A stretch of DNA of 63,964 bases, counting the filler, from Collodictyon triciliatum (Eukaryota): NCBI GenBank assembly GCA_043381765.1. It is 29 parts of 29 records of this genome, joined end to end, with 100 filler letters (N's around TTAATTAATTAA, not from the genome) between each part and the next. Parts side by side here need not be neighbours in the genome. Positions count along the whole stretch, not along the records: positions 26,994 to 29,138 come from JBHJMP010009422.1; positions 29,239 to 31,382 come from JBHJMP010009423.1; positions 31,483 to 33,624 come from JBHJMP010009424.1; positions 33,725 to 35,867 come from JBHJMP010009425.1; positions 35,968 to 38,109 come from JBHJMP010009426.1; positions 38,210 to 40,355 come from JBHJMP010009427.1; positions 40,456 to 42,596 come from JBHJMP010009428.1; 22 more parts are not named here. One strand, written 5' to 3'. The position numbers and the translations under genes are program-made. Of this stretch, positions 27,183 to 40,616 are shown piece by piece (the stretch's first letter is position 1; each line of letters starts with the position of its first letter). Below the pieces are notes generated by a model. That model worked only from the letters and a program-made list of their open reading frames with translations. It searched no databases and was not told the DNA's origin.

Positions 27183-28990
27183 ATGGGAAAGAAAAAAAGT
27201 ACCATCACCGAGGAAAATCGCCTCAGAAAAGCACGTTTAGTTTCAGAAAAAAGGATTTCTGTGCTTCGTACAGCTCCCTCATTCAAACAAGAAGTTAAGG
27301 TAATGACAAGGTTATGCTCATAAACATAAGAGCAACATAAAAACCTTCATTTGTACTCATTAAGATAGAAACGCCGCTTCGATTGTGTATTCAGATTATG
27401 CCTGAATACCACTCATCTGCGTATCCATATATTTTATTTCTTCACCATACTGTGCAATAGAAAAAGCTACAAGGCTTATTTGGATTAGTTGCCATCCCAT
27501 TGAAACTACACGGCAGGTATATTTAAGTTTCTCACTATTTCTTTTTTTTTTTTTATTGTTTCTATTTGAATACTAATACCAATCAAAGATATTACTCCAT
27601 TCATACATGATCAGCGGAATCTAATATTCATACAAGCGATTTGTCTATTTCTGCTAATATCGATTCTGTGGTTATCTTTTATAGAAACTATGAGACTAAA
27701 GTTGCCGACACAGCCCTGGGGGTTGATTATCTTAAAACTTTGCTAAATACACAATTCACACACGATTCCATCAAACTATACAACCGTTTGATATCTAGGC
27801 GATACATCCACGATGCTATCGCAAAGATAACTCAAGAAATGTGCATCGATGGTAGGAATTACAACTCCATACGTATGAATTGTTTCTTCTTTTCTTTTTT
27901 CTTTTGAAATGAAAGACAGAGCACGTATCAGTATTGTTTTGGCTCGGCGAATAGCAATAAAAATAGAAAAAGACGCACCATGGTTGATTCTATTGATAAT
28001 TGGCATATTTTTTTTTTTAAAAAAAACATAGTTCCATTGAATCGAGTCGATGCCAAATAGTAATAATATTAACAATAACACTATGTCGATTAAATAGAAT
28101 AATTATCTTTGTAGAGACTGAAATGTCAAGATATGGGCACTTTCTTTCCCTTTCAGTCTATTCTTCTTTGGTAGTAGAGTGCGGACTGGAGCAGGACACA
28201 TGCGCCTACATATGCCTTTTAGGCGAATCGGTATGCCTTTATCATGTGCAAAAACATGTTGAAAATGAAGTATGCTTTAGCCAAATATGCTAATATCCTC
28301 CTTAAAGAATCTTTGAATCGAATAAAGGAAAAAAAAATCATCCCTTAAAGAATGTACATAAAAATTCAGGTTGAAAAATCCATATTCGATAAATTGTTAT
28401 CGAACAATCCTGTAAAATGGATGATTGCTTTCTTTGACAATTTTTCCCTGGATTTTATGATTCAGAAGATTCCAAGTTTATTTTCTGATTGCTCACTCGA
28501 TCTAGCGTCTCTCAAGGGTATAATATATCATCCTTAACGTGTTCAAACCTAATCAACGTAGCAAAAATTTCGAAATAACGCCATTCATTGTCCCCACTCA
28601 ATCAATTCCTCCATTTTTCTAAATTTATAGGTATAGACTATGATTTATCTTTCAAACTCTTCATGTCTTCACTAAATTTACTGGAAAAGAGTCTGGCAAC
28701 TAAAGTAGTTTTGGATAGGTTTTTTTCTCCTTTAAGGAATAATAATCAACTGAAATGATTTTTGCTCTCAGGTTTACGTTGTGCATTTTTCTACAGTGCT
28801 CAAAAAATTATTTATAAAAAATAGCTTCGAAAGGACATCCACACTCGATGCATTATTTAGACTAATAGACATAATGAAAATACTATCGAATCACAACATG
28901 GATGGGTTTTCTGATTCTAAAGCTCTAATCATCCAAAAGAAGCTCGCCAGTGTTCATTTAAGAGGTTATAAGATATCCACATCGCCATAA
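27183..28990 (+). CDS. Probable multi-exon gene of unknown function
   Basis: ATG at 27183 (MGKKKSTITEENRLRKARLVSEKR..., then a gtaatg donor). Further exons include NYETKVADTALGVDYLKTLLN, VEKSIFDKLLSNNPVKWMIAFFDNF, and a last exon ending in TAA at 28990. Confidence 0.55.
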
Positions 28991-29505
28991 AAAAAACATA
29001 AAAAACATAAAAATCATAAAAAAACATAAAAAAACACAAAAAAACACAAAAAAACATAAAAAAAACATAAAAAACATAAAAAAACATAAAAAAACATAAA
29101 AAAACATAAAAAACATAAAAAAACATAAAAAAACATAANNNNNNNNNNNNNNNNNNNNNNNNNNNNNNNNNNNNNNNNNNNNTTAATTAATTAANNNNNN
29201 NNNNNNNNNNNNNNNNNNNNNNNNNNNNNNNNNNNNNNTTACATCTTGTATATTAAAGAAAACCTGGAGTCCGAGTTCGCGTGAAGGAAAGCTGCTCCAC
29301 TGATTTATATACAGGAGAAATGTTAGTCAGACACCTCTTTGTGAACACGTTTTACACACATATATATCTTAACAACTAAGTAATAGGAAACCTATATTCA
29401 ATTATTTTTTCCACTTTTATTTTTTTAATAAAAAAGATGAAGAAAAATTCAGTACCTTTCAACACCAGCTGCTCTGTCTTACATGCACATAATTGAGAAA
29501 AGCAA

Positions 29506-31382
29506 ATATTATTGTTTAAGGTTTATTCTTTATTTCTATGCTTCTGAACCACACTTGGCATCCCTAACACAACACTGATTATATCTTGTATAATGCCAGA
29601 AAAAGATTTGGAGCCGAGTTTTATACTCAGAGGCGGTTTCCCTTTAGTTAAATAGAGTTTGCATCCCTATGAGACCACATTATAGCCGAGCAACTGGCTA
29701 AATTTAATGGAATTTTTTTGGATTAATATATGCGCTACATAGAGCAGACAATTTATTATTTAAATTATATGAAGATAGCAAAGGTATGAATAAGACACTG
29801 AAATAAAAATTAAATTGTGCATATTATATCCACTTTGTAGCCTAATTTTCTTTGGTGATAAAATACTCGAGAATTAAGCATGCATTTTGTTAGATTTATT
29901 GTTCGATTGTATTGTGCTGTTTTGGTTCTGAAGACGTATATATACCAAGTTCATGAATTTTCCAATTATATGTGTTCTTTTTCACTAATGTTTTTGCATC
30001 TCACACCTTCCAATTATCATATTTCAAGTAGCTTTTCATCATATATTGAACATCATATACCGTTTTTTTTTTCCATTTATTTTTGAAGCTGGAGTGTTCC
30101 AGTTCTTAAAGATTGAAAGATTGGTTATTGTGTGTAATATCAGTCCTTAGATCGAGTATTAATTGTTTAATCAAAAAAAAATCTATATTTTTCATACGTT
30201 GCAGTATGCGATTGCTTTGTATTTATTTTTGTCTGAATCTTCTGAATATGTTTTGAATATGTTTTGAATGCATGCCTTATTTAATACTAATTATTCTCAT
30301 TTATTTAATGCACTTGGCAAACAAATAGTTTGGCGACACAATTTCGTATAATACAGACAAATTATCATGTAATGGACTATATTGAGTAACCACTCATCTT
30401 TTACATTGAATATGCATCATTGATTGAGTTTTTCCTCATATATGTCTTTTTTTTTTTAAAAGGATGCTAATTTATACGTCAGGCTTGATGGATTATTCTC
30501 CCCTTTTTTCTAAAATCTAAACTCAATCTATTAAATTCTTCTTGGTATTCATCGATGTTAGCAAACATAGACAATATTGCCTCAATGATTTCGTTCATAT
30601 TTATTTGGGAAGATGAAGTTGAATGAAATCATAGCATAAGACAGCCACAGTGAGCTATGACTATATATTTGACCCCGATACTCCACGACTAATGTCCCAG
30701 AGGCCCATAAGAAAACACTTCATCAACTGAACAAGGGTCAAGTGAAGCTATAACAACTAACCGATTATGGCGTCATATATTTCTCACAGCTCTAATTGAA
30801 GTTTGTTTGCATATTACATCATTCCAATGGCATACTAAAAGACATTATTATTATTGAAAGAATACACAAAAAATATTGGCAGCATTGAATAAAACCATCA
30901 TATGACATATACCAATTTTCTTACATTTTCTGCAATTATCATTATCTTGAATGTTCTCATACATGACAGGAAAGAGGTCCGTTATTATTTATAACTATGA
31001 TTTCTTAAATCTAATGCATGTGGAGGTTGACGGTTTCATATCTTTCAATAAGCTATTCGCTCCAAAGTTGTAAAATCCAAAAAATACAATATTGATAAAG
31101 TTACAGGGTCATCTATGCAAAATATATGATGATGAATAAATACTCGAGTTGTAAATGTAATAAGGAGCGGTTTTTACATTTTTTTCTATTATCTCTACTG
31201 ATTAAACTACACATTTTATTTTACACGATTTAAACCTCAAGTGGAAGTACGGGCATCAATTCCTGTTTTCATGATTATATGAGTGTTTGTGAAAAATTTG
31301 AACATATTGATTTTTCTAATACGTATTGGTACTTCAGCTTATATTTTCAATATTAAATATTTATGATTTGCACTGTGACATT
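29506..31382 (+). repeat. Dispersed AT-rich non-coding repeat, copy 1 (at least 1.87 kb)
   Basis: Colinear with the reverse complement of 54157-56037 along its whole length, with scattered substitutions and small indels. Confidence 0.93.
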
Positions 31383-31604
31383 NNNNNNNNNNNNNNNNNN
31401 NNNNNNNNNNNNNNNNNNNNNNNNNNTTAATTAATTAANNNNNNNNNNNNNNNNNNNNNNNNNNNNNNNNNNNNNNNNNNNNGTTTTTATTGGTTTTTAT
31501 TGGTTTTTATTGGTTTTTATTGGTTTTTATTGGTTTTTATTGGTTTTTATTGGTTTTTATTGGTTTTTATTGGTTTTTATTGGTTTTTTTTGTTTTTTGT
31601 TCAG

Positions 31605-33504
31605 TTTTGTTTGGGAACGGATGAGACTCTCGAAGTGTGGGAAATGGCGCAAAGTTGGCGGCTGAGGATGTCTCCCTGAAATCCAGCAACACTCTCCACA
31701 CGAAGATGCAATCGAAAGAGCCAATGGGAAAAGGGAGTGTGTGAAAGCGTTGCTTACAAAACCAAAGAAAATGAAAAAAATCTGATGCAGCCGAGTCTTA
31801 AGCGCAACAGGCAGCGCGAAGCCTGTCTGCATCTTTTCGTCTTTTGTGCTCCCACTCGCGCAAAGATTGATGCTGTCCCTCCACCCTTGAAAGATATATA
31901 TTAATCCAGATTAGTAATTTTTCTACGTACTAGAGTACCGTATATCGCGTTTCTGGCGGTGATTCCGTTGCGCTTGATTTTATTCTTGCAAAGTCATGCA
32001 CAAATCGTTGTCACGCTCAGAAAATCGAGAGCTGCCTCGCGTAAAAAATAAAGAGGCAAAAATAAATATAAAAATAATAAAAATCATAAAGCTTTGCATG
32101 AGTAAAAGCAACATGATCTTTTCGCCATTGTTGCTCTGGACCTGGCTGTTCGCGTGTGTTGAGGGAAATGCGTATGATAGTTCGGGTTTTTGTCGATCTT
32201 GCAGCACAAAACATAGATCATTTAGACAATTGTTTGTTTCTTTTTCTTTTTTCTTTTTTCTTTTTTCTTTTTTCTTTTTTCTTTTTTCTTTTTCTTTTTC
32301 TTTTTCTTTTTCTTTTCTTTTTCTTTTTCTTTTTCTTTTTCTTTTCTTTTTCTTTTTCTTTTTCTTTTTCTTTTCTTTTTCTCTTTTTTCTCTTTTTTCT
32401 CTTTTTTCTCTTTTTTCTCTTTTTTCTCTTATTTCCCTTTTTTCTGTTTTTTCTCTCTTTTTTCTCTGTTGCTTTGTTCCGTCTAGTCGAGTTTGAAGGC
32501 TCTTTTTCTTTAATAAAACGCTTTTCAACAGAGCAAGTGCGGGAGAAAACGAAGAAAATATCACGCAAGACTCCTCGTCCAATGTCATCGCATAGTAAGT
32601 TTGCCCCATGACAGCAGCACAATGATTCCATTTCAACTGATGCTTTCTATGCTACATCTTTGGCCTTTTAGACACGGTGACCATTTGTAATATGCGTCTC
32701 CCTGACGACGTGATGTTCTATACTTCAAACCGTATATCTACCCCATCTTTGGAGCGAAAAAAGGTGTGTTCTTTTGTCGACGTCGCTCCATTTGTGTTAT
32801 GCTATGCTATGTTATGTTATGTTATGTTATGTTATGTTATGTTATGTTATGTTATGTTATGTTATGTTATGTTATGTTATGTTATGTTATGTTATGTTAT
32901 GTTATGTTATGGTGTGGTATTATATGTAATTAAGATGTGTTTGAATCGAGCTATCCGTAATCATGTTAGCCAAAAAAGAAAACAAGAAATGACCAGTCCA
33001 TCGCAATTGCTTTGTTATTCTAGACAACTGCATCTCAAAAGTCAGAAAATCCCGAAAATATACGGGTGAAACCGGTGCGAAAATATCCTCCTCAGACGTC
33101 TCGTGAAGTCCAGGTGCCTTTATTCGCGTTCGTTGGGAAAAATGCTCATGTTATGAAATAGTTTACTTATTTTAATCCTCTTTTTGCTCTCTTTTCATCT
33201 CGCTTTCCATTTCCTTTTCATTCTCTTCTTTATATATCTATATATCTTCTGTCTGCAGAGGCCATTGAGCGGAAATGCATCGATCCGGAAGTTCAGCGTG
33301 GAGAACGGGATTCAGCTGGATGGTATCCTCAAGACTACGTCGCTTTCTTCCCCCAGTGGGTCATCAAAGCAGCAATTTACAGATCATTATCCTCATCATG
33401 TTCAAGTCGCGTCAATTGCTGCGGCCTCTCGGTCGCCATCGTCCATGAGTTCGGTCAGCCAGCCAGCCTTTCCGGTTCTTACTGATCGAAAAGTGAAAGA
33501 GAAG
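31605..33504 (+). CDS. Probable exons of an unknown Ser-rich protein; introns filled with microsatellites
   Basis: AG/GT-bounded open segments such as TVTICNMRLPDDVMFYTSNRISTPSLERKK and RPLSGNASIRKFSVENGIQLDGILKTTSLSSPSGSS...KVKEK. Confidence 0.45.
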
Positions 33505-33972
33505 GTTTCATATAATTATCTTTTTTTATCTTTTTTATCTTTTTTATCTTTTTTATCTTTTTTATCTTTTTTTATCTTTTTTTATCTTTTTTTATCTTTT
33601 TTTATCTTTTTTTATCTTTTTTTANNNNNNNNNNNNNNNNNNNNNNNNNNNNNNNNNNNNNNNNNNNNTTAATTAATTAANNNNNNNNNNNNNNNNNNNN
33701 NNNNNNNNNNNNNNNNNNNNNNNNTGTTTTTGTTTTTGTTTTTGTTTTTGTTTTTGTTTTTGTTTTTGTTTTTGTTTTTGTTTTTGTTTTTGTTTTTGTT
33801 TTTGTTTTTGTTTTTGTTTTTGTTCTTGTTTCTATTTTATGGCAAACCAGGGCAATTCTCCACGTCTTGCTGTATTGTCTGCAGTACTGATTGGAGACAC
33901 TGGTAAACCTTTTGTAGAACAGGAAAAAAAGTATTTGATCTTTAATTTGAAATTATCGGTTGGTTCATTCAA

Positions 33973-35298
33973 TCAAGACCTGGGCGAACGAGCAGGAGCA
34001 TCCAAGCGAAAGGTTCTACTTGTAGAGAGAATATTGGAAGTCAAAAGGGCTTGTCTTACCATTGGCTCCCGAATAATGCTGCTTTCAGATGCTGCAGTCA
34101 AGTACTTTATCAACGCAGCTTTACTTTTGCTCCATTTCTTAATCTCTACATCAGAGGCAAACAAAACTCGAAGCAGGCATAGAAACTCGCCATTTATCTC
34201 ATCCTTTAGGTCTAATTGATATCCTTCTTCTAGGCCGAATACTTTCTGCGAGTAAAAGACGAGAAAAGAGGAATGGTTGCCTGTTTTCAATTACATAATT
34301 GCTGGTGTTTTTTATATAAATCCGAATTACAGTTAACTCATGAAATATCTTTAAAAAAAAAACCTCGAAAAGCTGAAGTGAAGAATCAATTTTCTCTTGG
34401 CTAATAAGCTAATTTGACCATTTAAATATAAGGCTGATGTTGATGGCATTTCAAAAATATAAGGTTTATTTTGGTTTTCTATTAAAGTAAACCTGTATAT
34501 ATTTAGTAATATACCTTTCTTGCCGTTTTTGTGATCAAACTTGTTTTTATGAGAACAGATTCATGAGGATTTTTCTCATCTACAAACCCGTATTGGTACG
34601 CAAGGTGGTAATTGTCGAGAGGGCCGAAGGTGTTGAATATCTGTTCATCTTTTTTGACAGGTAGGTATATAACCATATCCAATGAATCCGCTGCATCTTC
34701 ATCGCCATCTTCCTCGATTTCCTCTTCCGATTTCTCTGATGGCTTGGGAATTTTGTGTTCCTCTACAGCCGAGCTGGTACCTCTCTTTCTTTTCTTTTGG
34801 TTTCTTGATTTTCTTGATGGTGTATCATCTCCCTCGATATGTATACTTTCGTAAGACGTGTGATTAAACATATCAGCAAACGGAACAAAAGCATCTCCAT
34901 GACATGAATCCACACGAAAAGCGCGTGAGGTAATCAATGTATTCATATACACGAATTTTAAGAAAGAGAATGAAGCCGATTCAAATACATCAGGGTATTT
35001 TGAAACAAGAGGCGCTACAAGTTTGGTATATTTTGCATGCATTCTTTTTTCATCTTCTTCTATTTGTGAAGCAAAGTCGGTGCCTGTATAATATGATAAA
35101 AAAAAAAGCGTGTTGAAGCCATAATAAAATCATATCGAAATTGCCAAAAAGCGACACCCCGTAATTTGGCATTTGGAGACCCAATACTTGACATGGATAG
35201 GGGACAAACCTTCCAGTAGTTTCTTTTCAGACCCCGTCCAGACAGCCGGGAGATCTTCATATTCTGGAATTATATTGAAATATCCATTCCAACGGGAC
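33973..35298 (-). CDS. SET-domain protein-lysine methyltransferase, SETD6/Rkm/Rubisco-LSMT type (C-terminal two-thirds)
   Basis: SRWNGYFNIIPEYEDLPAVW, LITSRAFRVD...FVPFADMFNH, an acidic insert, QIFNTFGPLDNYHLAYQYGFVDEKNPHE, and an LSMT-like substrate-binding tail. Confidence 0.92.
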
Positions 35299-37990
35299 CT
35301 AGGTGCCCCAATAGTTTTTCAATATATAAGCCTTTTGTTGAGAGAACCCCCGAGGGTAGCAACAGAGATAAGGGAGTAGAAAGAATCGTGTATAACAGAT
35401 TTTTGAATTGTGTAAACTATCAAAATGATTCGTGCCTTTGGATTCTTCTTTTTCTATTGTTATTATTGGGTGTTTTTTTTGTTATATTTTTGTTGTGTTT
35501 TTTTTGTTATTTGGTTGTGTTATTTCTTATTTGTTATTTCTTATTTGTTATTTCTTATTTGTTATTTCTTATTTGTTATGTGTTATGTGTTATGTGTTAT
35601 GTGTTATGTGTTATGTGTTATGTGTTATGTGTTATGTGTTATGTGTTATGTGTTATGTGTTATGTGTTATTTGTTATTTCTTATTTCTTATTTCTTATTT
35701 CTTATTTCTTATTTCTTATTTGTTATTTCTTATTTGTTATTTCTTATTTGTTATTTCTTATTTGTTATTTGTTATTTCTTATTTGTTATTTGTTATTTCT
35801 TATTTGTTATTTGTTATTTCTTATTTGTTATTTCTTATTTCTTATTTCTTATTTCTTATTTCTTTTTNNNNNNNNNNNNNNNNNNNNNNNNNNNNNNNNN
35901 NNNNNNNNNNNTTAATTAATTAANNNNNNNNNNNNNNNNNNNNNNNNNNNNNNNNNNNNNNNNNNNNGCACATTGATGAGCCACAAATTGAGTTTCCAAT
36001 ACAGGCCGGCCTGCACCCGAATCCGACACGCGTCACTGCTTTCAACCAAGGCGCATACAACTACGTCGGAATGAAAAAATAATACTAAACTCCTTCCTTC
36101 CCTTGAATCGAATAAAGGGAAAAATAATACAATACGAATGAATCATTGTGTTTGAATTAAACTCCACTGAATTTGCCTTAAAACATAACACGATTCTTAC
36201 GAAAAATTCTCTAGTCTCACATAAATCAAAAAAAAGCACAGAGGTCACCCAACATCAATATTATATTACATATCTGCATTTTCTACGCATAACGCAGCAA
36301 ATCCTAAAGCTATTTATGGTTTTTCAAGAATTGAGTTCAAGTTTAGTGCCCATGAATCGTATGTGCTCATCCACAGAACGAAAACAGTAATAGCACACAT
36401 GAAGACCAGCAGATGGTTTGCAAACAGTTCGCAATAGCCTCAGCTACACATGTACCTGTATTAATGTGCAAATAAAATGCCTTTTTTTTACACAAACCGA
36501 AAGTAATTGCTGTGTCTGATAAAAGACTCTTTGCGTTTGCATGCTATAAAGACCATCAAACGAAGCTTTGCGCTGACTGTTTGAAACTTTTCACAATTAT
36601 CGGACGTAAAAGGATTTCAGAAGAAAAAAATATATAACGCACGCTCTCGGTTACTTTTGATATCCAAGAGTGTTTGGATGAGACAGACTCTGGTAACCAA
36701 ATAATGCAAAAGCTAAACAAAAAAGGTTCAATTTATTTGCACCATGAAAGGCAAAGGCAAAGTCAGCGGCTCCATAGACTTGCTTGTTGATTGTGTGCGT
36801 GTCAATAAAGAGAATAGGCTCCTGGTTCGATGCGCTGATTTCGAGTTTATCGGCATATTCTAAAAGTACGACATTTATGAAGACATCATCAGACTGGACA
36901 TCCAACAAGATTCGAAGCCTGGAGGCATATATTCTGAGCATCATATGGTATTATGGTGTTTGTGAAAACAAAAGTGAGATAATACTTCCTTAAGTTTCAT
37001 AATGTATTTCAACACAAGATTATCCTGGGATGTTGTCATGGGTGCCTGCTTCGGAAATAACAGCATATTATTATATTATACATCACAAATTCTTGGCACA
37101 TATATGTTTCTTCTTTCATCTCTTATTTAAAACACTTATTTGTCGTATTAAAATTGAAAATATTGAAAATAAAAAGGTATAACACAGCTCCGCAACAAGT
37201 CCTTTATGTTAAGAGTAAAATAAGATATATAAACATAAAAAAGCCAACGCATAGTGCCCTTTTTCATTCTTTTGTCAATTTTGTTGATTTTAAAAACTGT
37301 TCTCTTTTTTAAATTATCTGCGCGATTAACCAACTTAAATATGAATTCTTTGATTATCTTTCAACGTGGGCTGTGAAAATGTGTACCGTTGAGGACAATG
37401 CTTTTTATTCTGGCGGTTTAAATAATTTTTTGCTTCATTACATCAGTTTATTGAAAGGAAACAGAGCCGAAAAAAATACACTCCTTTCAAGTTACGTAAT
37501 GACAGTCCAACAAATATTTATTTAGTAGATAATCACAAAATGTATGCTGTTACAAAAAAAAATATATTTATAGTTAAATTTATTTTAATCCATACTTTTT
37601 TACATGAATAACAGCACAACATAAAATAGAAGAGAGATCCAATTTTTATATATCTTTTCATTTTATCATCAATTAAACCTCATTCCTTGTTATATTTCGC
37701 GTTGTGTATCGGCTACTAAACAAAACCCAAAACTTCCTATCTCACACACGCGTATGGAAGAGTAAAAATTATGTTGTGCATCCTATCAAGTTTTTATTAT
37801 TGGGCAATATATATTGTTTTGCACTATTTATTTTATATGTGTAATCAGAGCCGGATTGTGCATAATAATGCCATACAATCACGGCTAAGTCTTGAATAAA
37901 TGGAAATAAAATCATGGCTAAGACCATTTGTAGGCGGTTTAATCATTATATTTATTGCTCCGGATGCCGCACTTTTGCATTTATAAACTG

Positions 37991-38109
37991 ACTAGGATTA
38001 ATACCCATGCTTCGCAACGAGCGTTTAAAATCCCATCTAAGATAAATAAAATGTAAAACACTGTCCCTATATTACACATATCAACATGAAATTCTACATA
38101 TCACATATT
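37991..38109 (-). mobile_element. Helitron-like 3' terminus (hairpin + CTAG|T); element body would run into the contig end
   Basis: Minus strand reads ctcgttgc-gaa-gcatggg-tattaatc-CTAG|T: an imperfect GC hairpin 8 nt before CTAG, followed by the target T. Confidence 0.6.
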
Positions 38110-39010
38110 NNNNNNNNNNNNNNNNNNNNNNNNNNNNNNNNNNNNNNNNNNNNTTAATTAATTAANNNNNNNNNNNNNNNNNNNNNNNNNNNNNNNNNNN
38201 NNNNNNNNNGATGTTTTTTATGATGTTTTTTATGATGTTTTTTATGATGTTTTTTATGATGTTTTTTATGATGTTTTTTATGATGTTTTTTATGATGTTT
38301 TTTATGATGTGCACGGCTCGCAGTGGCGCTGTCAATGCTTACAAATCAGCGAAATTTCTGATTTGATGGGGTGTGTCTGTGTGTCCACAAGAGCAACCGG
38401 ATTGAAATTACACGACTTCATACTTTCGTTTTTGTCTTGGGCCATTGCCTTTCAAGCTTACTTGGCAAAGAAAGCATGGCAAATAGGAGCAAAAGTCAGG
38501 AAATTCCAGGTAGTACTTTTGGCTGTCCACTGTCCCCTCTGCGCGTCAAATTTCTTCTGCACTACGATGGAGATTTTGGAAATACTCAAGGTTGTCAGAA
38601 TGAAGAAAAGATAGAAAAAAGAGAATTGTTTTTTATGTTTGAAGCATAGAATCGCTGCTTATTCGGTCGAATGTATCTATGAGAACAAATGAAGTCTCTT
38701 GTTGGTTATGCATGATACATGTAGAAATGTGAAGCGCTAGTAGACATTGACCGAAGGACATTTAGATTGAAAAAAAAAAAAAGATAATTCTTAACAGTCC
38801 TGAATATAAATATGAGTATAAATTAATTGTAAAATTTCGTTCGCAGTTGAAACAAAAGTGATAAGGAAGCAACAACACATAATAATTTCTTTTTCAATTG
38901 GGTGAGAATAATTGGATATTTTTTTTTATTATTATATTTGGTGATATTCTTGGTCATCAACCCACCGTTGAAGGTTGACTCAAAATTCGATATGAAAACT
39001 GGCTGCTGTG

Positions 39011-40215
39011 TTACCACATACGACTTAGATATAAACCAGCAACAAAAGAGCTGGCAAATTGTGAGTTGTCCAGAGCGAATTTTTTCACCACATTCATGAA
39101 TCCATCTGATTTTTCTTTCACCAAGGGCTGTATATCTTTCTCTAGTTTGCCCCAGTCTACTTTGGCATATCCCAGAGAATCAAGGGTCTATTTGGTTGAA
39201 TAAATTCGACACATTTGATTACCGTAGTCATGTCATCTCTAATAATATACGAATGGTTGTTTTGTGGGAAATATGGAGCAGACCTGGATAAGTAGAAAAG
39301 AGCATCCAAGAATCAATGCGACAGTAGAGCCAAATATTTTGAGCGTAATCCCGGTTGTGAATCCAACAAGAGCGCCAATCCCGAGCTCGGTAACTAACCA
39401 GGTAAAAAAAAATGTATGCTTAGATGTGATATGAAAATAGATAAACTCCGAAGAGAGCAAGCAGGGGAAAATGAAAAAAAAAACCTTTATAATTGAGCTT
39501 TTTTATCATTGCGTTTATTGCTACGATTATCGAAAATGTGGCTATATTCTACTAATCATATTTATCATGTGGAGTGTAAGGTAGCATACGTTTTGGTGTG
39601 CCGTTTCCTCCAAATAATCCACTGAAAGGAGAGCTTGGGGATGAACTTTCAGGAAACTAAAATAAATCGATTAATTTATATTAGTATTTTTATCATAATA
39701 CTGACCTGATTGCTTGCATCTCTTAAACGTTTCATGTGCTAAATAGAAATAAATGTCAACGGTATTAAAATGAAAATATACGTGTGGACTAAATTACTAT
39801 TTTAAAAATAAACATATTCAAGCGCACGAAAGAAATGAAGAAAAATGGGGAAATGCGCACTCCTCCAGGAATATTAAAAAATGGATTTGGTTTGGAGCTT
39901 TGTTTTGGCAGATTCACAGAGGAAGATGCCTCTTCGTTCGCCTCCGGAACAGTATTTTCACCGGTTTCTTTTTTGGTAGACAGCCGATTTAAATAACTTG
40001 GACTATTTCTTAATATTGACAAGTAGCCCGGTCGCTGTGGATATAATTATCAAGGAGCATACGTGCCAACACCGTGGGAAAGGGAGAGACGATTGGGAGA
40101 AGGAAAAGGAAGCGACGAGCCCACACCGGAGCGCCTTGCAGGGCAGAGGGCGGAGTGAAGTTTCTGTTAACTACACCTGGGGGATTACGGAGAGGCAGTA
40201 TGGAAAGGAGAGCTA
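39011..40215 (-). CDS. FUN14-family (FUNDC-like) membrane protein, multi-exon
   Basis: ELGIGALVGFTTGITLKIFGSTVALILGCSFLLIQ|TLDSLGYAKVDWGKLEKD...FASSFVAGLYLS then TAA at 39011 fits the FUN14 signature. The start exon is uncertain. Confidence 0.87.
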
Positions 40216-40285
40216 GGCGTTAGATGTAGATTTTTTTTGTTTTCGTTTTTTTGTTTTTGGTTTTTTTGTTTTTGTTTTTTTTTTT

Positions 40286-40347
<62 letters not shown>

Positions 40348-40616
40348 TTTTTTTTNNNNNNNNNNNNNNNNNNNNNNNNNNNNNNNNNNNNNNNNNNNNT
40401 TAATTAATTAANNNNNNNNNNNNNNNNNNNNNNNNNNNNNNNNNNNNNNNNNNNNGTCGGTCGCCAAGCAGTGTCAAGTCTCGAGTCGAGTCGACCTGCA
40501 ACTGTCGTCTGTAACACGCAACCACTCGCACAAGCAACGCAACGTGGACTCACGAGCACACCTGCACGCACGAGCGCGCTCATACACGTACACACACGTA
40601 CACACATGAGGGCCGA

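Noticed and set aside
31980..32636. Poly-K/E/F/S ORFs here and at many contig ends
   Set aside because: These are translations of microsatellites or N-runs.
35299..35335. In-frame TGA or frameshift upstream of SRWNGYF in the SET gene (possible recoding)
   Set aside because: A canonical acceptor (cacctag|GTCCCG) lies right before the motif, so the stop falls in an intron.
36651..36944. 97-aa minus-strand ORF as a gene
   Set aside because: No recognisable motif or supporting exon chain. It could be real but cannot be supported.
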